Assembly: GCA_022777645.1 (NCBI GenBank)
Contig: JALFFX010000055.1
Location: 2,705 to 66,704 of the forward strand
Source of the DNA: Erysipelotrichaceae bacterium
GTDB lineage: Bacteria; Bacillota_I; Bacilli_A; RFN20; CAG-826
DNA: 64,000 nt
Reading direction: 5' to 3'
The notes under the pieces are model-generated. The model had not been told where the DNA came from and did no database searches. It saw only the letters and a list, made by a program, of their open reading frames with translations. Position numbers and translations under genes: made by a program. Below, piece after piece: positions 8,991 to 18,978 of this stretch. Numbering within the stretch: position 1 is the first letter of the stretch; the number at the start of each line of letters is the position of its first letter.

Positions 8991-9629
8991 ATGAACGAAT
9001 TAATTTTAGAAACTCAATCAAACGTAGAACGTCAAGAAGAAGCAATTAAAGAAAAACAAAGATTAGTCAAAGAAGTAGCACATCATTATCATATTGATAG
9101 AGATGTAATTTATGCTTATGCTGATTATTTGCATTATTCTGGAAATGCATGGGAAGAAGGAAATCCATTAAAACTTGTTTCAGGAGAACATGTCAAAGAT
9201 AAAATATCACCTACATTTATTAAATTATTAAATATAATTAACGTATTAAGAGATGTTAGTGATTTAGAATTTTTAAGACCATATTTAACAGCATTAAGAG
9301 AACATGGTATTGATATTAAAATTGTTCCTCATGACTCATTAAGTGATAAAACTTTTTTAGAAGATAATATGGCTTTAATTGAAGAACAACAATGTATTAT
9401 TTGTGAAGAATCAGATTTCTTAAAATATAAAGGTGAAGAAGCTGAAGAAAATCAATTTAGTACAAAGAATAAATTTAAAGAACTTACTGAGTCTTACTAT
9501 AAAATTAATAATGGAATTAAATCTGAAAAAGTTATTAATAAATTAACAAAAGATATGTTTAAAAACCATATAAATAACAATGGTATTAGTGAAATTATTG
9601 GCGAACAAAAACATGAAGAGGAAGAATAA
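8991..9629 (+). CDS. hypothetical protein
   Basis: 212-aa ORF with consensus RBS. Confidence 0.7.
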   Translation: MNELILETQSNVERQEEAIKEKQRLVKEVAHHYHIDRDVIYAYADYLHYSGNAWEEGNPLKLVSGEHVKDKISPTFIKLLNIINVLRDVSDLEFLRPYLTALREHGIDIKIVPHDSLSDKTFLEDNMALIEEQQCIICEESDFLKYKGEEAEENQFSTKNKFKELTESYYKINNGIKSEKVINKLTKDMFKNHINNNGISEIIGEQKHEEEE

Positions 9630-11209
9630 TGTCTATTTATTCAAAATTATTTGAGTATCAGAAAAAGATAGTTGATAATAATATAAATAAAAATGCATAT
9701 GGGCTATTTGTAGACATGGGATTAGGAAAAACTCCCATGTCTCTTGCTTTTGCTGAAAAGCATAATTGTACAAAAATATTAATTATTACAACTGCATCAA
9801 AAGCAACTGAAGATAAAACAGTTCATGGGTCATTTTTCTATTGGGCTGCTCAATCATCAATTAAATATAATTTGTATGATAAAAGATATAATTTTGACAA
9901 TAAAGGAGCAAAAAAGTGGAGAGCACAAATTTCACCAGATACTGTTGACATATTTATGACTAATCATGAGTCAACATTTATCAGAGGTGGTGAAAATACT
10001 CGCAACACATCAATGCTAAATAAACAAGTATATGAATTTATAGAAAGTTGTCGAAATCAAAATGTTGCAATTATTGTCGATGAGTCTCACAAAATAAAAA
10101 GTAGAAGTTCAAGTAGAACAAAAGCTTTAATGAAAATTAAGTCACTCTGTGACACAATTAGCAAAAATACATATTTATATTTATTGACTGGGACTCCATT
10201 TACAAAAGGGTTTGAAGATTTATATACTCAATTAAATTTGCTTGGTTGGGATAAATCTTGGACAACATTTAAAGAAACATTTTGTGTTATGGGCAATATT
10301 CCATCATTAACATCTTGGCAACAACCAATTGTTGATTATAAGAATATACCATTATTATTTAATTTAGTGCACAATTATGCTGTGACAATAAAATCTGAAG
10401 AAGTGTTAGATTTACCAGAACAAATCTTTGTATATCATGAACTTCCATTAAATCAACAAATGTTATTGTTCACTTGTAAAAAGTTGCGTGCACAAATTAT
10501 TAATAAAGAATTAAACGCACGTCATATAAATGAATTTGTCAAGCCTGGTGAAAAAGATGGAAAAGTCAATAATATGTTTTATGCAAATATTGCTTATCCA
10601 AACTTAAATTGGCTTGCAGATAGTGTGACAAAGTTTTATACTAGAGCAAGACAATTGAGTATTGGATTCCAAGGTAATAGTGAAAATGCAATGTGGTTTC
10701 AAAAAGCTCGTTTAGCTGAACTTGAAAAACTATTAACTGAACATGAAGACAATTATATTTTGTTCTATAATTACACACCAGAGTTTGTCGAAATATATGA
10801 TATGTGTGAAAGATTAGGTTATAAAATTGATGTTTGTAATGGTTTGATTAAATCAGAAACATTTTATAACGAATATTGCAATTTGTCAGAAGGTCTTAAA
10901 TTAGTTGAAAAGAAACGAATAATGTTAGTCAATTATGGTAGTGGGTCAGAAGGTAAAAATTGGCAAGAATATGATAAATGTATCTTGTTTAGTCTCCCAG
11001 TATTTAAAGATTGGCAACAAGGGTTAAAACGAATTCATAGACCAGGACAAAAAAATAATGTTATTTATCATGTGTTTTATGAAAATAATTGGCTTGATAG
11101 AAGAATGATGGAGTCATTAAAAGAAAAGAAAATATATGATGAAAACATGTTTATGAATGATTTAGCTCGAATTGATAATTTAATTGCTGAAGATTTACAA
11201 GTAAAGTAA
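9629..11209 (+). CDS. SNF2/DEAD-like superfamily-2 helicase
   Basis: motif I FVDMGLGKT, motif II IIVDESHKIK, motif III LLTGTPF; ATG overlaps the upstream stop. Confidence 0.7.
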   Translation: MSIYSKLFEYQKKIVDNNINKNAYGLFVDMGLGKTPMSLAFAEKHNCTKILIITTASKATEDKTVHGSFFYWAAQSSIKYNLYDKRYNFDNKGAKKWRAQISPDTVDIFMTNHESTFIRGGENTRNTSMLNKQVYEFIESCRNQNVAIIVDESHKIKSRSSSRTKALMKIKSLCDTISKNTYLYLLTGTPFTKGFEDLYTQLNLLGWDKSWTTFKETFCVMGNIPSLTSWQQPIVDYKNIPLLFNLVHNYAVTIKSEEVLDLPEQIFVYHELPLNQQMLLFTCKKLRAQIINKELNARHINEFVKPGEKDGKVNNMFYANIAYPNLNWLADSVTKFYTRARQLSIGFQGNSENAMWFQKARLAELEKLLTEHEDNYILFYNYTPEFVEIYDMCERLGYKIDVCNGLIKSETFYNEYCNLSEGLKLVEKKRIMLVNYGSGSEGKNWQEYDKCILFSLPVFKDWQQGLKRIHRPGQKNNVIYHVFYENNWLDRRMMESLKEKKIYDENMFMNDLARIDNLIAEDLQVK

Positions 11210-11228
11210 AATATAATACAATAATATC

Positions 11229-11423
11229 ATGTTAACTTTAACTGAATGTCCTTGCAAATGTTGTGTACCACCAAAACGTACACCAACATGTCATCCGAGC
11301 TGTAAAGTATATTTGACTTGGAAAAAAGAATTAAATGAGTTTAATAAAAAACTCAGAGAAAAACAAAGATATGAAACTATAGCAGATAATTATCATAGAG
11401 TTAAAAAAGGAAGAAATAGATAA
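11229..11423 (+). CDS. small Cys-rich (zinc-ribbon-like) protein
   Basis: CPCKCC...CHPSC cysteine cluster; no clear RBS. Confidence 0.4.
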   Translation: MLTLTECPCKCCVPPKRTPTCHPSCKVYLTWKKELNEFNKKLREKQRYETIADNYHRVKKGRNR

Positions 11424-11440
11424 AACTTCCTTTTTTTATT
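11405..11440 (+). terminator. rho-independent terminator
   Basis: AAAAGGAAG-loop-CTTCCTTTTTTTATTT. Confidence 0.55.
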
Positions 11441-11500
11441 TAAAGATAATTGTGTATCTTTGTAAAAAATGTATTATAATTTTAAACAAGGAGAGATAAC
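11441..11500 (+). promoter_or_regulatory. promoter with AAAGATA-N6-TATCTTT palindrome
   Basis: TTAAAGATAATTGTGTATCTTT ... TATAAT ... AAGGAGAGATAAC-ATG. Confidence 0.55.
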
Positions 11501-13237
11501 ATGCCAGAAAAAGTCGATATTGAAAAGAAATTAGATAACATCGTTAAAGGTGTTGAAACAAATTACTGGAAAAACTTTACATTATCTGAATGGCGTTTAA
11601 AATTAGCATCTGAATGTCAAGTGTATGTTCATGATGAAAATTACCTTGCAAAAAGATTTGACCAAATAAACTATAAGTTTGTGTCACAAAAAACTGCAAT
11701 GGAAATTTTAAAAGATAATTTATATGCTATTTTGCGTTATAAATATCTAACAAAATCAACAGATGAAGTTGAACAAAGAATTAAAGAAATTGTTCGCTCA
11801 TTTTTAGATAATATTAAAACGTCATTAATTAGAATTAGTTTTAATCCTGATACTGAATGTAAATATGTTAGATGGTTGCCAGATGGTTGTGTTGCTTTCA
11901 GAAATGGTGTATTTGATTTTAGAGAAAATAAATGGTTATTTCAATATCAAAAAATTCGTATTGAAGAATTAAATAATAACATTTATATTTATGACCCAAC
12001 TTATATCATTCAATGGTATATTAATATTGAATTTCAACCGTTAGATGGTATATCAGTCAACAATATGTCTCTTGAAGATTTTACATTATTTATGAAAGAA
12101 TATGATAAAGTCTCAAGAAATTATTGTTTTGAATTAATGTATAACATGTCTCATGATTATGATAATAATTTTAGTAAATCACAATTTAAACATTTATGTG
12201 AAATACTTGGTTATTTGTGCAATCAGTCATTTTTACAATACTTTGTATTATTTATTGGTACTGGTCAAAATGGTAAAAACTCATTATTTGATGGATGTTT
12301 TCTATCAAGAGCAATTCCAATGGCTGCTAATAATGACTTAAATGCTATTGAAGAAGATAAGTTTGTGTCAGGCTCACTTGAAAATAAACCTTTTAACATA
12401 TATTTAGAAACTGATGCAGAAACAATTACAAAATCTAAAAATTTAAAAGCAATTACAGGTTCAATGTATCAAACAATTGAGCACAAAGGTGAAGATAAAG
12501 TATCAGGTATTATTAATTGTAAATTTATTTGGGCAGGTAATGACCAAGATAAAATTAAGTTTAGTGATAATACAACAGGATTTCGACGCAGAATTAACAT
12601 CTTTGAAACATATTACACATGGGATGCTAAAAAGAAATTCTTGTTAACTGGTGATTATTATGATACAACATTTTCACAAGATTTACATGAATTGAAAGAT
12701 GATATACTAAACACAATTGTATTTATTTATTTCGCAATGTTTGGTATTAAATCTGCAACAAACAATTTTACAAAACAATTCTCATTTACAAGCAACGATT
12801 GGAAGATGCAATATGTTGACGCAGACTTTGATTTAAAGGAAAAATTAGATAGAATATCACTTGAAAAAATCAATGATTGGATGTCTAAAACTAGAAATCA
12901 TGAAGCTGCAAAAACATTGTTCTATGATAAAACTCGTAAAAGATTATATGACTCAGCATCTATTAGAGAATTAGGAATTAATAATTTTGAAGAGTTTGTT
13001 GAAAAATTTATTAAAAATGATGAAGTGTTCTTACAATACTTTATTGATAATGATTACTGTTATATGTCTATTCGTCATATTCAAGAAATGAGTGGAACTG
13101 GTGATAAATATGAGCCAACTACATTCACTCAAAACTTAAAAAAGATTTATGGAGTAAGACGAACTGAAAATTTATTTAATAACAAACCTTATGTAAAAGT
13201 TAAGTTTGTTAATAATAAATTAAAAATTATGCAGTAA
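11501..13237 (+). CDS. D5/P4-type primase-helicase (SF3 NTPase)
   Basis: Walker A LFIGTGQNGKNSL typical of D5_N / P4 primase C-terminal NTPase; 578 aa. Confidence 0.6.
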   Translation: MPEKVDIEKKLDNIVKGVETNYWKNFTLSEWRLKLASECQVYVHDENYLAKRFDQINYKFVSQKTAMEILKDNLYAILRYKYLTKSTDEVEQRIKEIVRSFLDNIKTSLIRISFNPDTECKYVRWLPDGCVAFRNGVFDFRENKWLFQYQKIRIEELNNNIYIYDPTYIIQWYINIEFQPLDGISVNNMSLEDFTLFMKEYDKVSRNYCFELMYNMSHDYDNNFSKSQFKHLCEILGYLCNQSFLQYFVLFIGTGQNGKNSLFDGCFLSRAIPMAANNDLNAIEEDKFVSGSLENKPFNIYLETDAETITKSKNLKAITGSMYQTIEHKGEDKVSGIINCKFIWAGNDQDKIKFSDNTTGFRRRINIFETYYTWDAKKKFLLTGDYYDTTFSQDLHELKDDILNTIVFIYFAMFGIKSATNNFTKQFSFTSNDWKMQYVDADFDLKEKLDRISLEKINDWMSKTRNHEAAKTLFYDKTRKRLYDSASIRELGINNFEEFVEKFIKNDEVFLQYFIDNDYCYMSIRHIQEMSGTGDKYEPTTFTQNLKKIYGVRRTENLFNNKPYVKVKFVNNKLKIMQ

Positions 13238-13251
13238 GGAAAGGAGAAACT

Positions 13252-13503
13252 ATGGCAAAAGATGTATTCCCAGTTAGTTCTGAAGTAATTGCATCTGCAT
13301 TAAAAGATGGAATTATTGTTAAAGATGCTTCAACTGGCACTTGGAAACCTTTTATTGGAATTGTTATTTTAGAATATATTGTTCAATTTGAACAATTTGC
13401 TCTATTATATACAGGCAGAAATCCTCAAGATGCAAAATTAGCATTTTTAGCAGAATATAAAAAATCTTGGGATTTGAAAAAACCATTGAAAAAAGAAGAT
13501 TAA
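13252..13503 (+). CDS. hypothetical protein
   Basis: 83-aa ORF, AAGGAAAGGAGA RBS. Confidence 0.55.
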   Translation: MAKDVFPVSSEVIASALKDGIIVKDASTGTWKPFIGIVILEYIVQFEQFALLYTGRNPQDAKLAFLAEYKKSWDLKKPLKKED

Positions 13504-13505
13504 TT

Positions 13506-14258
13506 ATGCCAAGAACAAGAAAAACAAAAGCACAAAAATTAAGAGAAATGAGATTAAATTCTGTTCCCTTCAATGAATTGTCAGTTCTTGATAAAAGTTA
13601 TTTAAAAAGATTAGATGAAGATAAAAGATATTCATTAGAAATCGACCCTTATAATTTATATGAATTCGACGATGTACATAAACAATTTATTTATTATTAT
13701 GTACAACATCGAAATGTGCCACTTGCTGCAAAATTAGCAGGCATTAATGAAAACAAAGGAATTGAACTTTTTAGAGAACATGCTGTTAGAGAAGAGATAG
13801 ATAGAATCAACATTGCAATGTATGCTAGAAATTTCTCAACAAAAATGTTGACATTAGAAGAAATTGGTGCATATCTTAGTGCAATTGCTACAGACCAAGT
13901 ACCTGATGTTGATAAACTCTCAACAAAAGATAAAATACCAGTATTAAAAATGTTAGTTGACTTAAACGTTTTAAAGAAAGATGGATATGATAATCCTCAA
14001 GTAATTGAAGCAATTGAAATTGAAAAAGATGTAGAAAAATTATCTGTCAAAGCAATTAAAAATCTTATTGATGCAAGTTATGATACAACAGAAGCAGATA
14101 AAGATGATATTATTAAAAGTTTAAATGTTGATGCGTCATTATCTGAAGATGATATAACATTCTTAAAATCACTTTCAAAAGATGACTTATTAAAATTATT
14201 AAATGATTTATCAGATAAAAAAGAAAAAGGAGAAAATACAGATGGAAATGAAAACTAG
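13506..14258 (+). CDS. putative DNA-binding protein with terminase-small-subunit-like N-terminal HTH
   Basis: start reassigned to ATG 13506; segment QFIYYYVQHRNVPLAAKLAGI resembles TerS N-terminal HTH. This assignment is tentative. Confidence 0.3.
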   Translation: MPRTRKTKAQKLREMRLNSVPFNELSVLDKSYLKRLDEDKRYSLEIDPYNLYEFDDVHKQFIYYYVQHRNVPLAAKLAGINENKGIELFREHAVREEIDRINIAMYARNFSTKMLTLEEIGAYLSAIATDQVPDVDKLSTKDKIPVLKMLVDLNVLKKDGYDNPQVIEAIEIEKDVEKLSVKAIKNLIDASYDTTEADKDDIIKSLNVDASLSEDDITFLKSLSKDDLLKLLNDLSDKKEKGENTDGNEN

Positions 14259-14466
14259 AAGAAACTATCCTGAAAAACTCAAATCGCATAAAGAACATGC
14301 ATTTGAATTATATGGAATGTCATTTGAAGATTTTGAATTATATTGTGATAAAACTGGAAAACCATCATATAGTAGACAATCAAAAACTGATTTCTTCAAA
14401 GCATGTAATGATTGTGAATTAGTTAAAAAAGATGGCAAATTATTTTTAAAAGGAAGAGAACTCTAA
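14242..14466 (+). CDS. hypothetical protein
   Basis: start reassigned to ATG 14242 after AAGGAG. Confidence 0.45.
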   Translation: MEMKTRRNYPEKLKSHKEHAFELYGMSFEDFELYCDKTGKPSYSRQSKTDFFKACNDCELVKKDGKLFLKGREL

Positions 14467-14654
14467 TGCAAAAAGTAATTATTAAAATTTATATTAAGAA
14501 AAAAGTATCACCATTAGCAACAGTTGAAATTGAAGATGCAAAGAAATTTGATGAACTTTTTGATAATATTGAAAATGCAAAATCTGTTGTTAAGTTCGGT
14601 CAAATTATGTTCTTAAAAACTGAATTTAGATTTGCAACATTGACTTTTAAATAA
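14466..14654 (+). CDS. hypothetical protein
   Basis: 62-aa ORF, ATG overlaps the upstream stop. Confidence 0.45.
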   Translation: MQKVIIKIYIKKKVSPLATVEIEDAKKFDELFDNIENAKSVVKFGQIMFLKTEFRFATLTFK

Positions 14655-14680
14655 GTGCATTGAAAAATGCACTTTTTCTT
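14654..14680 (+). terminator. rho-independent terminator
   Basis: GTGCATTG-AAAA-ATGCAC hairpin + TTTTTCTT running into TTAAAGATAA. Confidence 0.55.
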
Positions 14681-14745
14681 AAAGATAATTATTTATATTT
14701 AAAACAGTATGTTATACAATATAATCAACAAAGGAGTGTAATATT
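14680..14745 (+). promoter_or_regulatory. promoter with TTAAAGATAA element
   Basis: CTTAAAGATAATTATTTATATTT ... TACAAT ... AAAGGAGTG. Confidence 0.45.
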
Positions 14746-14943
14746 ATGGATGTAGTATATTATGCAATAATTTATTTAAAAGATATGCAAGACGTTTTCA
14801 CTGAAATACACATGAAACCGTTTGAGACAAAAGAAGAAGCTCAAAAATGTTGCAGCAAAGTGAATAACGTGTATGGTGAAAGAGTTCTTAAAACAAAAAT
14901 TAGAAGAACTGACTTAGCAAAAACCGGTGAATTCTGGTTATAA
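14746..14943 (+). CDS. hypothetical protein
   Basis: 65-aa ORF with RBS. Confidence 0.5.
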   Translation: MDVVYYAIIYLKDMQDVFTEIHMKPFETKEEAQKCCSKVNNVYGERVLKTKIRRTDLAKTGEFWL

Positions 14944-14964
14944 ATTATTTAGGAGAGATAATTA

Positions 14965-16152
14965 ATGAAAAGTAAATTTATTACTCACATCGTTTTAGAA
15001 GGATGTGATGGAGTTGGTAAAGACTCAATTATGGCTGATTTATGGCCAAAGTATAATTTCAGATACAGAGTATTAATGAGAGGTGAACTTTCAGATTTTG
15101 TTTATTCAAGAAAATATAATCGCGAATTTATCTCAACACAAAGAGGTTTACCTTTTCTTTATGTTTTAATTACAAAAGATGTCAATGAAATTCGTAATCA
15201 AATTATCAAACGTGGTGAAGATGTTGAAAATGAATTGAAAAAATTAGCAGACCAAGAACTTTTTAAAACTTGTGCAAAAATCTTTGAACAAGATTATCAT
15301 ATCATAGTTGTTGATGTCACAGGATTGACAATTCAAGAAGGTTCTGAGAAGGTTTTTAATGAAACATTAAAATATATTAATAATTTAGATAAAGATGACG
15401 AGCCAAATGAGTTTAATAAAATGTATATCAAAGGTGCAAATAAACTTGGACTTAAATGGACAGTTAGAAATAATCAACCATTTTTAGATGGTGAAATGAT
15501 TATGGCAGATGCACAATTACACAATGGTCGATTTGAAACATACGATAATCGTGATATGCCTCATAACTTAATTTTTAGTATCGGATATGATTATCAAAAT
15601 GAAGATACAATTGATGAATTTATGTCAAGACCATATGATTTTGCTTATCCAATTAATAGTAAAATTTTAGTTCGTGGTGAAATATATGATTACATTGATA
15701 AACTCTGTCGAAACAATTTAACATTAGTCACAACTGACTCAAAGTATATTCCACCATTTGAAAACTTAATTAGAGTTGATAAAGTATTTGGCGATGATTA
15801 TATCAAAATGTTAACACAAGCAAAAGCAACATTTTATTGTTCAAGAGATTTAGCATATCTTGAAATGATGACAGTAAGATGTTATGAAGCAGTAAGAGCA
15901 AATCAATTAATATTTGTTGATAGATTGACTGACCCTGAATGTAAAATTTTAAAAGCAATTCATGGGACAAGTTTAGATGACATTATATTGAGTAAATTAT
16001 GGTGTACTGAAAATACATTGACAAATAATTATAAAGAAATTATTAAAAATAAAGAACTTGTTAAATTAATTTTGAAAAATCAAAGACAATGGTATCAAAA
16101 TTTATGCAAAGAGTTATATAATAAAAAAGTTAAAAAATGGCGAAGAAAATAA
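14965..16152 (+). CDS. P-loop (deoxy)nucleoside-monophosphate kinase-like protein with ~200-aa C-terminal extension
   Basis: N-terminal VLEGCDGVGKDS resembles the thymidylate/dNMP kinase P-loop (xEGxDGxGKxT); 395 aa is far longer than standard dNMP kinases. Confidence 0.5.
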   Translation: MKSKFITHIVLEGCDGVGKDSIMADLWPKYNFRYRVLMRGELSDFVYSRKYNREFISTQRGLPFLYVLITKDVNEIRNQIIKRGEDVENELKKLADQELFKTCAKIFEQDYHIIVVDVTGLTIQEGSEKVFNETLKYINNLDKDDEPNEFNKMYIKGANKLGLKWTVRNNQPFLDGEMIMADAQLHNGRFETYDNRDMPHNLIFSIGYDYQNEDTIDEFMSRPYDFAYPINSKILVRGEIYDYIDKLCRNNLTLVTTDSKYIPPFENLIRVDKVFGDDYIKMLTQAKATFYCSRDLAYLEMMTVRCYEAVRANQLIFVDRLTDPECKILKAIHGTSLDDIILSKLWCTENTLTNNYKEIIKNKELVKLILKNQRQWYQNLCKELYNKKVKKWRRK

Positions 16153-16338
16153 TAACTTACGCTGAAAAACAATATGAAGTTTTTAGAGCAATTATTAGAA
16201 ATCTAACATTTAGTTTATAGATTTGAGAGTCTTATACTGAAAAAGCACACAAAAGTCTCAAAGATGACAAATTTAGTGTAAATGTCTTTTAAAAACAAGT
16301 TAGACTCTTATAACACATAAAGGAGTAATTTAAATAAT

Positions 16339-17466
16339 ATGGAAAATATTGTCTGGTCACATAGTAAACTAAACACATTATTAAATAATCCTGCAGAATA
16401 TTATTTATATTATGTGCAAGGAATTCAACCAAAAATTGAAAAAACAGCACTCTCAATTGGAAGTGCTATTCACTGGGGTTTGGAAAATCAAACATCAGAT
16501 TTACAACCTTATTATAATGAAAAAGGAAGTTTTGCTCAATGGAATAATTATACTGATGAGCAATGCTTAGCTGAATGTATTGTTGAAGCATTTTTAAAGA
16601 GACAGAAAGAAGTTATTGATGATATTCTTAAAGATGATGAAACATTAGAAATTTTAGATGTAATGTCTATTGAAAGAGAATTAAGACTCACTGGACATTT
16701 AGACTCTAAATTATATCCTGATGGACATGACTTCTTGGGCATTATAGACCTTTTAATTCTTACTAATAAAGGATTTATATTAATTGACTATAAAACATCA
16801 TCTCGTGATGTTGAGTGGAAATCTTACAAAAGTCAATTATTCAAATATGATTTCTTATTACAATATAATTTTCCAGAAATTCCATTATATAAAGTTGGAA
16901 TTATTAACTTAAAGAAAACTGGTATTAAGCGTAAAAAAGGTGAAAGTGATATTGCTTTCAGACAAAGAATTAGAGAACAATACATTGTTGATGACACATT
17001 AATCAATTGGCATTGTTATTCAAAAGCAGAGTTCTCTGTTGAAGAATTAAATCATTTTAAAGAAGATTTATCTGGAATGTTAGATGTTGGTAGAGGAATT
17101 GTTGAAAATCAATTATTTTATACAAATCTTAGCAACATTCAAGGTATGTATGGTGAGTCACAATATGCTGATATTTTCTATCATAGAGATGACGCTTGGT
17201 ATAGTTATATTATTAAAGATACTATTTATGACTTAGATGAACAAGCAATGTTATCAAAACGCAATTGTGAAGACATTGACATGCTAGTTCTTACAAATAA
17301 AAATGTTTTAAATAAATATAATTTATTCAAATCAGCTGCTGATAAGATTTTCAGTATCAACAAATCAACAACAAAACAACAATTGTTTGATGAATTGAAA
17401 GAAAATTATATTTGTTCTGATAAATTATTAGAACAATACTTTATCACAATGGAACACGAAAACTAA
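16339..17466 (+). CDS. PD-(D/E)XK family nuclease (RecB/Cas4-like exonuclease)
   Basis: GIIDLLILTNKGFILIDYKTS matches the motif II/III D...(D/E)xK core; lies beside an AAA_24 ATPase as in phage recombination modules. Confidence 0.55.
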   Translation: MENIVWSHSKLNTLLNNPAEYYLYYVQGIQPKIEKTALSIGSAIHWGLENQTSDLQPYYNEKGSFAQWNNYTDEQCLAECIVEAFLKRQKEVIDDILKDDETLEILDVMSIERELRLTGHLDSKLYPDGHDFLGIIDLLILTNKGFILIDYKTSSRDVEWKSYKSQLFKYDFLLQYNFPEIPLYKVGIINLKKTGIKRKKGESDIAFRQRIREQYIVDDTLINWHCYSKAEFSVEELNHFKEDLSGMLDVGRGIVENQLFYTNLSNIQGMYGESQYADIFYHRDDAWYSYIIKDTIYDLDEQAMLSKRNCEDIDMLVLTNKNVLNKYNLFKSAADKIFSINKSTTKQQLFDELKENYICSDKLLEQYFITMEHEN

Positions 17467-17569
17467 AGAAAAACGTTTACATTTAAGTATGCATGATATA
17501 TAATGTATAATGTAAATGTAATTGGTCTTAATTGTGATAAATTACATTTATGAAAGGAGAGATAGTATA

Positions 17570-17914
17570 ATGGCAAAAAATCTAAGAGCATTAACTAATG
17601 AGGAATTAGAATATATTGTCAATAACTATATTTTCACTCTTCAAGGTGAATATATAGTTGTGCAAAGAAAAAATTATGGCTTGAAAACTTTGCATCCAAT
17701 TGATAAACCATTCTCAATTAGTACGAAGATGAGACGTGTCACTATTAGTAAACAAGCAATTGATTTATGGATGACACAATTCAAACAAGTATACTCATTA
17801 ATTGAAGTTCAAGCTGCTATTAACAGATTGACAGTCACATTCCAAGATTTGTCAACTGTTGAAATTGCTAAACAATTAAAAACATCGAGAGATGAAATTA
17901 AATTAGAAGAATAA
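17570..17914 (+). CDS. hypothetical protein
   Basis: start reassigned to ATG 17570 (GAAAGGAGAG RBS). Confidence 0.5.
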   Translation: MAKNLRALTNEELEYIVNNYIFTLQGEYIVVQRKNYGLKTLHPIDKPFSISTKMRRVTISKQAIDLWMTQFKQVYSLIEVQAAINRLTVTFQDLSTVEIAKQLKTSRDEIKLEE

Positions 17915-17928
17915 AGGAGAAAGTAATT

Positions 17929-18966
17929 ATGAGAAAAACTCTCAAAATGGTTCTTTATGGGGAACCTGGCGAAGGTAAATCAACATTTGTTAGTAAATCA
18001 AAAAACCCATTTTATATTTCTACTGATGGTAATTTTGAATGGTTAGATTTACCTGAACAAAACCATAAACAAATATTCAGTTTTACTGAATTTAAAAACA
18101 TTGTTAAAGACATGATTGACAATCCTGCAAAATATGCTCAATTTGATGTTATTGCAGTTGACTTGATTGAAGATGTCTTTAAATGGTGTGAATTCGAATA
18201 TTGCAAACGTAATAGAGTTGAACATGTTGGTGATATTGGCTATGGCAAAGGCTATGACATCAGCAGAAATGAATTCTATATTGAGATTTGTAAATTATTA
18301 GGATTAGACAAACATGTCGTCTTAATTGCACACGGTTTTACAAAGACTGAAACAAACAATCGTGGCGTTAACGTTACAAAATACTTACCATCTGATAGAA
18401 TTCCTTCTAAAGTTTGGGATATGATTGAAGGTCGTGTAAGATATTTCTTAAGAGCATTTAGTCGTGATGAAGAAACAAGTGAAGGTAAGTTTGTTAAACG
18501 TAGATACTTATCATTGATTCCAAAACAAGGTGAATATGGTATTTCTAGAGGTTTAAATGAAGCTGAAGTTCCTGAAGATATTGATTTAGACTGGAATACA
18601 TTTATCACAGTTATTGGTTTAGAAGATGATGCAACACCAGTTGTTGAAACACAAAAATCAAGAAAACCAAAAATTATTAAAACAGAACAAGTTAAAGAAG
18701 AACCAAAACTTAAAGCAGAACCAAAAGTTGAATCTGCACCTATTGTTGAAGAAAAACAAAAAGTTGTAGAAGAACCAAAAGTTGAATCTGCACCTGTTGT
18801 TGAATCTGCACCTGTTGTTAAAGAAGAACCAAAAGTTGTAGAAGAACCAAAAGTTGAAGAAAAACAAGCACCTATTGTTAAAGAAGAACCAAAAGTTGAA
18901 CAAGTTAAAGAAGAGTCTATGGCTGAAAGAATTGCTCGTATTAAAGCTCAATTTGGTAAAAAATAA
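17929..18966 (+). CDS. AAA_24 / Sak4-like ATPase with C-terminal PEK-rich tandem repeats
   Basis: Walker A MVLYGEPGEGKSTF; C-terminus made of repeated EEPKVE / ESAPVV units. Confidence 0.55.
   Translation: MRKTLKMVLYGEPGEGKSTFVSKSKNPFYISTDGNFEWLDLPEQNHKQIFSFTEFKNIVKDMIDNPAKYAQFDVIAVDLIEDVFKWCEFEYCKRNRVEHVGDIGYGKGYDISRNEFYIEICKLLGLDKHVVLIAHGFTKTETNNRGVNVTKYLPSDRIPSKVWDMIEGRVRYFLRAFSRDEETSEGKFVKRRYLSLIPKQGEYGISRGLNEAEVPEDIDLDWNTFITVIGLEDDATPVVETQKSRKPKIIKTEQVKEEPKLKAEPKVESAPIVEEKQKVVEEPKVESAPVVESAPVVKEEPKVVEEPKVEEKQAPIVKEEPKVEQVKEESMAERIARIKAQFGKK
18690..18900 (+). repeat. in-frame tandem 18-36 nt repeats (GAAGAACCAAAAGTTGAA / GAATCTGCACCTGTTGTT)
   Basis: directly visible as reiterated nucleotide units encoding EEPKVE/ESAPVV. 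Confidence 0.7.
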
Positions 18967-18978
18967 AGGAGATAATAT

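Noticed and set aside
12153-12341. 62-aa internal ORF
   Set aside because: Internal alternative frame of the primase-helicase gene.
13364-13573. 69-aa minus-strand ORF
   Set aside because: Antisense across the junction of two + strand genes in a uniformly + strand operon; no RBS.
18658-18951. 97-aa Phe/Asn-rich minus-strand ORF
   Set aside because: Antisense of the tandem-repeat region of the Sak4-like ATPase; repetitive low-complexity artefact.
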